Position numbers and translations under genes: made by a program
In this document: piece after piece, positions 36,600-42,097 of the stretch
How the letters are laid out: every line of letters begins with the position of its first letter
Position numbering within the stretch: the stretch's first letter is position 1
From: a virus
Lineage: Duplodnaviria > Caudoviricetes
Strand: one strand, 5' to 3'
IMG/VR virus record: IMGVR_UViG_3300033417_000024
Coordinates: 1 to 42,097 of that record
DNA: 42,097 nt
Notes under the pieces: model-generated
The model's database searches: none
What the model saw: the letters and a program-made list of their open reading frames with translations, nothing else
Told to the model about the DNA's origin: nothing

Positions 36600-37010
36600 T
36601 CACGCCCCCTGATACGGGTTCAGGAGCCTCGCCAGGTCGGGATGCGGATGGATGCCGTAGAGGATCTTGAGCAGCTCGTCGGGATCGTCGGGGATGATCT
36701 GGTTCTGGCCGGCGAGCCCGGCGGTGGGCGACTCGAAGGGCCGGGCGGTGGGACCGAAGGCGGCCCGGGGTGGGGGGACGGAGGGTCGGCCCTGCCGCCC
36801 CCCGCCCCCGGGCATCCCGCCGGTCTCGGCGGGGAGGGGAGCGGCCCGTTGAGACTCCTCGAGGGCCTGGCGGTCACCGTAGGGGAGGCCGGTGGGGGTG
36901 CGGATCGGCTGCGAAGGGCCACCGTCGGTGCGGCGCGACAGGGCCCCCGGCCCCGACACGGGTGCCGGGTCCCGGGGGGTGGTGTCGCGCTTTTTTCCCC
37001 CGCGGGCCAT
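36600..37010 (-). CDS. Conserved virion-cluster protein, 136 aa
   Basis: PAPVSGPGALSRRTDGG...GLPYG motif; RBS. Confidence 0.75.
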   Translation of the reverse strand: MARGGKKRDTTPRDPAPVSGPGALSRRTDGGPSQPIRTPTGLPYGDRQALEESQRAAPLPAETGGMPGGGGRQGRPSVPPPRAAFGPTARPFESPTAGLAGQNQIIPDDPDELLKILYGIHPHPDLARLLNPYQGA

Positions 37011-37013
37011 CGG

Positions 37014-37457
37014 CTAGTTCCCTTCGTCGTCACTCTCAGTGGGCGCCTGGGATCCGCTTGCGCCGCCCTCCCGGTCCGGTGGCTGGTCCCACGCCGGGTC
37101 GGCCGGCGGCGTGAAGGGCACCGGGGGGTCCGTCTCGCCCGCCGGCGGCGGGGCGGGGTCGGTCAGGTCGGCGACGACCCCGGTTGTCGGGCGCTCGATG
37201 CCTGGCGGGGGGGCGGTCTCCGTCGGGTTCGGGGCGCCGAGGGCCTGGCGCAGCTCGTTCGACATCGCCGGGTCGATCCATTCGGGGTTGGTCACCGTTG
37301 AAGGGACCTGAGTGCCGGGCTCGCCGTCGGGCTTCGAGAAGTGCGGCACCCCGTCCGCCCCGATCGCCATGATCTCCCCCTCGGGGATCCCGAACGTCCC
37401 GTAGGGCGTCTGAGCCTCGAGGTAGCGGGGATACGGGCCATAGGTCAGTCTGTCCAT
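37014..37457 (-). CDS. Pro-rich hypothetical protein, 147 aa
   Basis: AGGAGG RBS directly after the portal stop. Confidence 0.75.
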   Translation of the reverse strand: MDRLTYGPYPRYLEAQTPYGTFGIPEGEIMAIGADGVPHFSKPDGEPGTQVPSTVTNPEWIDPAMSNELRQALGAPNPTETAPPPGIERPTTGVVADLTDPAPPPAGETDPPVPFTPPADPAWDQPPDREGGASGSQAPTESDDEGN

Positions 37458-37465
37458 CGTTCCTC

Positions 37466-39277
37466 CTAGGTCATGGAGACGGTCTGGGCGCCGCCTTCGG
37501 CTGCACCCTCCGACTCCAGTCGGGACAGTATCGTCCCGACACTCTCACGGGGCTGTTCGACGTCCAACCCGCCACCACCGCCGGCCTGCGCCTGGAGGAA
37601 CTGCTCCTCCTCGGGCGACAGCTGCGGTTCGGCGGCGGGGAACAACTTGCGGAGGGTCTCGACCCGCTGCTTGGGGTTGGTGGCGATCTCGACCAGCGCA
37701 TGCGAAGCGGCGGCGTCCTGGTTGGCGGCCCGGGCCTCCAAGATGGCGAACAGCGCGTCGGAGGCCCGGTCCTGGTCGATCCGTTCCTCGACCTGCTCGT
37801 GATTGTCGATCCCGTAGAGGTTCTCCCGGAAGGTCCGTCGATCGAGCACCTGGGCACCCTGGAGCTGGAGTCCGCCGACCACCTTCTCCGAGTCGTCCCA
37901 CCCCGCCATCATCCCGTACACCCGGCGGGTGCCGTACTCACCGGCAATGTCTTGAGCGGGGACATAGGACTCGATGGTCCGGTCGCCCTTGACGTTGACC
38001 ACCAGCGGCTTGCGCCGCCTCGGGTAGTACACCTCGTCGTGCTCGAGGCGTTTGGCGTCGAGGTCCTGGAGGGCATGACGGAGCACCGTGTAGTACTCGG
38101 AGACCTCGTCGTTCTTGCCGCCGCCGAGCCCGGCGAGCCCCCGACCGGTGGCCCACGGGGTCGGCGATTTGGCGTCCTCGGTCTCGGGGTAGTTGGCGCC
38201 GATGCGGAGCTGCTCCTCGAGGCGGGACGCCTCCTGGAAGGCGCCGAAGGCGATGTCGGCGCCGGGCCGTTCGATCCGGGTGCCGGTGGCGAAGATGTTG
38301 ACCTTGTTGCGGCCCTTCTGGTACTTGCCGGAGAGGATCTCGCCGATGATGTTGGTCTCGCGGAGGGTGCCGTCCTGGGTGGAGACCAGGGCGAGCATGT
38401 TGATGATGGCGATCATCCGCATCAGCCCGAACACGTTGTCGTAGTGGCCCATCAGGAAGTCGAAGCTGAACCGTTTGGCGGCGACGAACCGGGGCCCGGA
38501 GCGGAGGGCGTTGGGGGCGAACTCCAGGAGGGTGCCGGTGTCCTGGGTGATCACCCAGGTCCCGACCTCGTCGTAGTACTCGACCACAATGGTGCCATCG
38601 GGGGTCGACTCCCATCCCGGGCCCGACACCGGCGACATCCCCGCCCAGCCGCCCGCCGGGCGACGGCCGGCGACCTGGTCGTAGGCCGGGTAGCGGTCAC
38701 GGAGGACCTCGGTGGGGACGATCCTCGAGATGGCGAGCTCGTCAGGCTGCTGATCCTCACCCCAGGGCCCCAGGTAGCAGTTGTAGGGGTTGCGGAGCGC
38801 GGCGTGCGGGAAGGGGTCCCCGTTGAGGTTCTTCTTCTCTTTGATGACCCACACGCAGTAGCCGTAGCCGGGGAGCCACCGTCCCGCCTGGGGGAGCATC
38901 ATCTCGAGACGGCTGTTCTGGTCGTAGCCTTCGACGATGCGGGTCCGTTTGGCGGCCCGGTCCCGGTCGGTCTGGTTGTCGCGGTCGGCGCGGGCGTCGA
39001 CCCGGACGTCGGGACGATGCCCCAGCTTGGTGCCGAGCCGGTTCAGCCCCGAGTCGATGTAGTGGGCGACGGGGAGATCCGCCTCGGTGGTCTCGGGTCC
39101 CAAAAGCTCACGCACCGCCGAACGCCCACCGTTGAGGATGTTGCGGATCCGGTTGCGCTGCCGGATCGAGGCGGCGTTCTGGTATCGGAGCCGGTCGACG
39201 GCTCTGAGCACCCGATCCTCATGGCCGGCGAGCTCGGCCGGCGAGACGGCGGCTCCCCGCCTCTCGGTGATGGTCAC
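37466..39277 (-). CDS. Portal protein (podovirus-type)
   Basis: 603 aa immediately after the terminase; GYGY..W, ATGRGL and VYGMMAG motifs; Gln/Gly tail. Confidence 0.85.
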   Translation of the reverse strand: MTITERRGAAVSPAELAGHEDRVLRAVDRLRYQNAASIRQRNRIRNILNGGRSAVRELLGPETTEADLPVAHYIDSGLNRLGTKLGHRPDVRVDARADRDNQTDRDRAAKRTRIVEGYDQNSRLEMMLPQAGRWLPGYGYCVWVIKEKKNLNGDPFPHAALRNPYNCYLGPWGEDQQPDELAISRIVPTEVLRDRYPAYDQVAGRRPAGGWAGMSPVSGPGWESTPDGTIVVEYYDEVGTWVITQDTGTLLEFAPNALRSGPRFVAAKRFSFDFLMGHYDNVFGLMRMIAIINMLALVSTQDGTLRETNIIGEILSGKYQKGRNKVNIFATGTRIERPGADIAFGAFQEASRLEEQLRIGANYPETEDAKSPTPWATGRGLAGLGGGKNDEVSEYYTVLRHALQDLDAKRLEHDEVYYPRRRKPLVVNVKGDRTIESYVPAQDIAGEYGTRRVYGMMAGWDDSEKVVGGLQLQGAQVLDRRTFRENLYGIDNHEQVEERIDQDRASDALFAILEARAANQDAAASHALVEIATNPKQRVETLRKLFPAAEPQLSPEEEQFLQAQAGGGGGLDVEQPRESVGTILSRLESEGAAEGGAQTVSMT

Positions 39278-41268
39278 AGCCAGCCCCCGTCGGGGACGTT
39301 GATCATGGCTTCGAGCCCGGGGAACAGGTCCCCGTCATGGCCGGCGTCGCCGGCGGCCTCATGCTCGGACGACCAGCGTCGGATCACCTTCATGGGGAAC
39401 CATGATGCCATGCCGAGGTCCGACTTACCGCGCGAGGTGACCCGGCCCTTGTCGTCGGTGAAGTTGAGGAGCTGACGGACGTAGAGGAGCGTCTTGTCGC
39501 GGGCCTCGCCGTCCAAAAAGGGCAGGTCGATGCGACGTTCCCGGAACAGCCGCACCATCGAGGTCACCCCGAAGAAGGGATCCGACTTGTTGGTGCCGGT
39601 GAGATGCCCCTCGAGGTAGACGCCGTGGAGGGCGCACCAGTCCCGGATGTCGCGGTCCTGGCGGATCGCCCGCTGGAACCCGTTCTCCTCGACCACCCAA
39701 TGCGACAGGAAGTAGTTGCCTTTCCAGTCCTTGATCACCCGGAAGGCGGGGCTGATCCCGCCGATCAGGCGGTTCTCGAGGTCGATCATGTACAGCTTCT
39801 CGGTCTCGGGCGACCACCCCCAGCAGAACGACGCCTGATACTGGGTGGGTGACGGGTCGAGCCCGGCGACGGTGAGGAGGTCCTGGGGCAGCGTCGGCCA
39901 GGGCCGGCCCTGGGGGTCTGTGAGCCCGACCCCGCGCCGGGGGTTGTAGCACTGCTCGATCTCGGACTTGGAGAAGATCAGCTGGCCTTCGGGTCGGGGG
40001 CGGTTCAGGTAGACCATCTCGTAGAGGGCGCCGAGCCCCTTCGACTCCGCGGAGCGCTGCTTCTGGCGGAGCCAACCGTAGGAGCGGAGATCGGGGAACA
40101 GCATGCAGTCGACGTGGAGAGACGGGTTTGTGGGATCCTTCTCGCATTCGAGGTCATGGGCCGAGTCCACAATGTGGTCCCACTGGTCGTCGTCGAGGAC
40201 GTGGCCGTAGAAGTCGTCGGGGTGCTGGCGGGACCCGATCACCGCGATGGCGGTGGTGTCCTCCTTGCGGGACTCGAGCTGCGTCTCATGCCAACGGCGG
40301 GTCGACGCCCGGGACGCCGGCTCGAGGGTCGAGTCGTGGTTCTCGATGTCGTCGAGGATGATCAGATCCGCGTCGAGTGACAGGATCGACGTGCCCCGGC
40401 CGATCCCGAGCATCGTCGGGGACTTGACCATCGTCCGGTCCTGCTGGGCGACCCGGAACGTCGCCGACTGCCACTCCGAGCCGGCCCGGCCCGACGGCCG
40501 GAAGGTGGTATCGGCGGGAAGCACCCGGCCGACCAGCTCGGTGTTGTGCTCCAGGTGGCTTTTGACCATCCCCACCATGTTGACCGCGGTCGGCTTGAGG
40601 ATGGTCGCGATCCAGATGATGGTGAAGTTGGGGTCCCGGCAGATCAGCCACACGCAGAAATGGACCAGCAACTCGGACTTCCCGTGACGTGGTGGGGAGA
40701 GGATCTGGACCCGGCCACCGGTGTAGATGGCGCGGAGGATCGCGATGATCCAGCGGCGGTGGAAGGGGCGGCGCAGGTAGGGACCGCGCTTGGTCTTGAA
40801 GAACCTCTGCTCGAAGCGCAGGAACCGGTCGGCGAGGATGCCGAGGAGCTCCTCGAAGCGGTCCCCGTTGGCGGAGGCGAGGGCGTCACGCACCGGGATG
40901 TCGAGGTCGCCGGCCAGGAGCTCGGCGATCTCGGGATCGAGGACGAACTTTGCGGCCGCCACCTCCTGCTGATGGAGCCGACGCCACATCGCAACGGCCC
41001 GGCTGACCGACGACTGGTCGAGCTTGAGGAGGGTGGCGGCCTCGAAGTGCTGCACGGCGCCCGAATCGAGATCCTCGATCAGCCCAGGGATACCGAGGAT
41101 CCCCTCGAGGGCGTCGCCCCCCCCCCTGACGTAGGGGACCGGCTTGGCCTTGGCGCGCCGCTCCCGTGACTTCTGCCGGGACTTACAAGTCGACGAGCAG
41201 AACTTCTGGTCGATCCGCCCGTAGAGGGTCTTTTGGCAGCCGCCGGCCCTGCACACTCTGCGTGCCAT
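39274..41268 (-). CDS. terL: Terminase large subunit with an N-terminal Cys-motif/HTH extension
   Basis: Walker A PPRHGKS, Walker B LIILDD, IGSRQH, nuclease GLDP, VEENGFQ and SDLGMA motifs. Confidence 0.93.
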   Translation of the reverse strand: MARRVCRAGGCQKTLYGRIDQKFCSSTCKSRQKSRERRAKAKPVPYVRGGGDALEGILGIPGLIEDLDSGAVQHFEAATLLKLDQSSVSRAVAMWRRLHQQEVAAAKFVLDPEIAELLAGDLDIPVRDALASANGDRFEELLGILADRFLRFEQRFFKTKRGPYLRRPFHRRWIIAILRAIYTGGRVQILSPPRHGKSELLVHFCVWLICRDPNFTIIWIATILKPTAVNMVGMVKSHLEHNTELVGRVLPADTTFRPSGRAGSEWQSATFRVAQQDRTMVKSPTMLGIGRGTSILSLDADLIILDDIENHDSTLEPASRASTRRWHETQLESRKEDTTAIAVIGSRQHPDDFYGHVLDDDQWDHIVDSAHDLECEKDPTNPSLHVDCMLFPDLRSYGWLRQKQRSAESKGLGALYEMVYLNRPRPEGQLIFSKSEIEQCYNPRRGVGLTDPQGRPWPTLPQDLLTVAGLDPSPTQYQASFCWGWSPETEKLYMIDLENRLIGGISPAFRVIKDWKGNYFLSHWVVEENGFQRAIRQDRDIRDWCALHGVYLEGHLTGTNKSDPFFGVTSMVRLFRERRIDLPFLDGEARDKTLLYVRQLLNFTDDKGRVTSRGKSDLGMASWFPMKVIRRWSSEHEAAGDAGHDGDLFPGLEAMINVPDGGWL

Positions 41269-41327
41269 GCCCGGCAGCGTACAGCAGCCGGTCCCTCATC
41301 GGCGGCCGGCGCCGTCCGAGCCACCCG

Positions 41328-41505
41328 CTATTCGCCGGTGTCGTCGGTGGTGTCGACGGCGAGACCCCGGAGCCAGGCGGCGGCGAACTCGAGCATCCCC
41401 AGCCAGCCGGGTCCAACTTGCCAGGTCCCCCGAGTTGTCGGTCCGAAGGTACTCGTCGCCGTCCCGATCCATCACTTCGGCGACGATCACCCAGCGGATT
41501 GGCAC
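41328..41505 (-). pseudogene. Small gene broken by a 4-bp duplication
   Basis: WVIVAEVMDRDGDEYL...SWTRL shifts to GMLEFAAAWLRG at the AGCC-AGCC duplication (41401-41408). Confidence 0.6.
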
Positions 41506-41732
41506 CTCACCGAATGGTTGCCGTAACGAAGGCGGAGCCGATTGAGGATCACCGGGTCGGCCCCGAGGACCTCGGAGCGGTCGAGGGCGCAGCCCAGGCA
41601 CACCACCGGCACCAGCCCGTCGGCGGCGAGGACGAGCGCGTCGAGCGCCGGCCGGCTGCTCAACCCGGCAACCTTCGGGGCGACGATGGATAGCCAGACC
41701 GCCATCGTCGGATCGGGGTGCCTCTCAGCCAC
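41487..41732 (-). CDS. Hypothetical protein, possibly a deletion-fused remnant
   Basis: Coupled start; single CLGC motif. Confidence 0.5.
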   Translation of the reverse strand: MAERHPDPTMAVWLSIVAPKVAGLSSRPALDALVLAADGLVPVVCLGCALDRSEVLGADPVILNRLRLRYGNHSVRCQSAG

Positions 41733-41907
41733 TGACTGCCCTGAGGAGAGGCGTCTCGGTCGGGCCCTGCCGGTACAACTCGGCGACGGTCAACGGGCGA
41801 TCGTCACAGAAGGAGCACAGATCGCCATCGACCCACCAGCACGTCTCGCCCCCCGGCTCCCAACAGGCGTCGTCCTCGGTACAGCCGCAGACGCTACACG
41901 TCCGCAT
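41725..41907 (-). CDS. Cys-rich small phage protein
   Basis: CSVCGCTEDDAC...CWWV..DLCSFC. Confidence 0.8.
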   Translation of the reverse strand: MRTCSVCGCTEDDACWEPGGETCWWVDGDLCSFCDDRPLTVAELYRQGPTETPLLRAVSG

Positions 41908-42097
41908 TGAGGCGATCGCCCGGGCAGATGGTGACGGTCACCGTCTCCGGGCTCCCCATATCCACCCAGTCCTGACGGCGCATCCCGACATTGAGCCGGC
42001 TGTGGCTGAGCCGGTCCCCCGGGTCGCGGGGGGCCAAGAAGTGGACAATCGGCCCGGAGGTCAACGTCCGGTGGACCACCACCTCCTGAGAAAGCAG
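41894..42097 (-). CDS. 3' part of the junction-spanning 80-aa protein
   Basis: In frame with the ATG at 166 through the terminal overlap; WVDMGSPETVTVTI motif. Confidence 0.8.
   Translation of the reverse strand: MLSQEVVVHRTLTSGPIVHFLAPRDPGDRLSHSRLNVGMRRQDWVDMGSPETVTVTICPGDRLNADV
41971..42097. repeat. Terminal direct repeat, copy 2
   Basis: Identical to 1-127. Confidence 0.97.

Noticed and set aside
18121-39475. Long + strand ORFs opposite the structural genes (e.g. 22814-24844, 37700-39475, 32660-34267)
   Set aside because: Shadow ORFs typical of high-GC DNA: antisense to well-supported genes, with no motifs or RBS
1-42097. tRNA, rRNA, CRISPR array, retron or reverse transcriptase
   Set aside because: No cloverleaf, regularly spaced repeat-spacer run or RT motif was seen by eye; a covariance-model scan was not possible

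Overview
The window is most consistent with one complete, circularly assembled tailed-phage genome. Bases 1-127 are repeated exactly at 41971-42097 (unit length 41,970 bp) and an ORF reads in frame through the join. GC is high, and the SSB-like fragment and leaderless promoters suggest an actinobacterial host, possibly Acidimicrobiia (inference). The + arm (about 0.96-15.1 kb) holds small early/accessory genes: an SSB N-terminal fragment, a DnaN beta clamp, a solitary Topo VI-A/Spo11-like TOPRIM protein, a RecT-like annealing protein, and RHH, DUF6166 and KTSC proteins. Several accessory genes are frameshifted or truncated. The - arm (about 42.1 to 15.1 kb) holds an intact podovirus-type virion module: terminase, portal, five ejection-type proteins including a 2028-aa protein and a transglycosylase, scaffold, major capsid, head fibre, adaptor, nozzle, fibres and a lysis cassette with an M23 endolysin. 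I could not recognise a polymerase, primase, helicase, integrase, tape measure, tRNA or CRISPR array. The most unusual signals are: (i) a 107-bp inverted repeat built of (CG)4AT(CG)4 palindromes abutting the capsid-operon promoter, followed by a long structured leader; (ii) a clamp + Spo11-like + RecT-like set with no replicase; (iii) one ~140-aa acidic domain inserted into two different structural-type proteins on opposite strands; (iv) a 45-bp IS200/IS605 right-end remnant; (v) a truncated SSB under a repeated promoter motif. All protein calls come from motif recognition by eye, without database searches.
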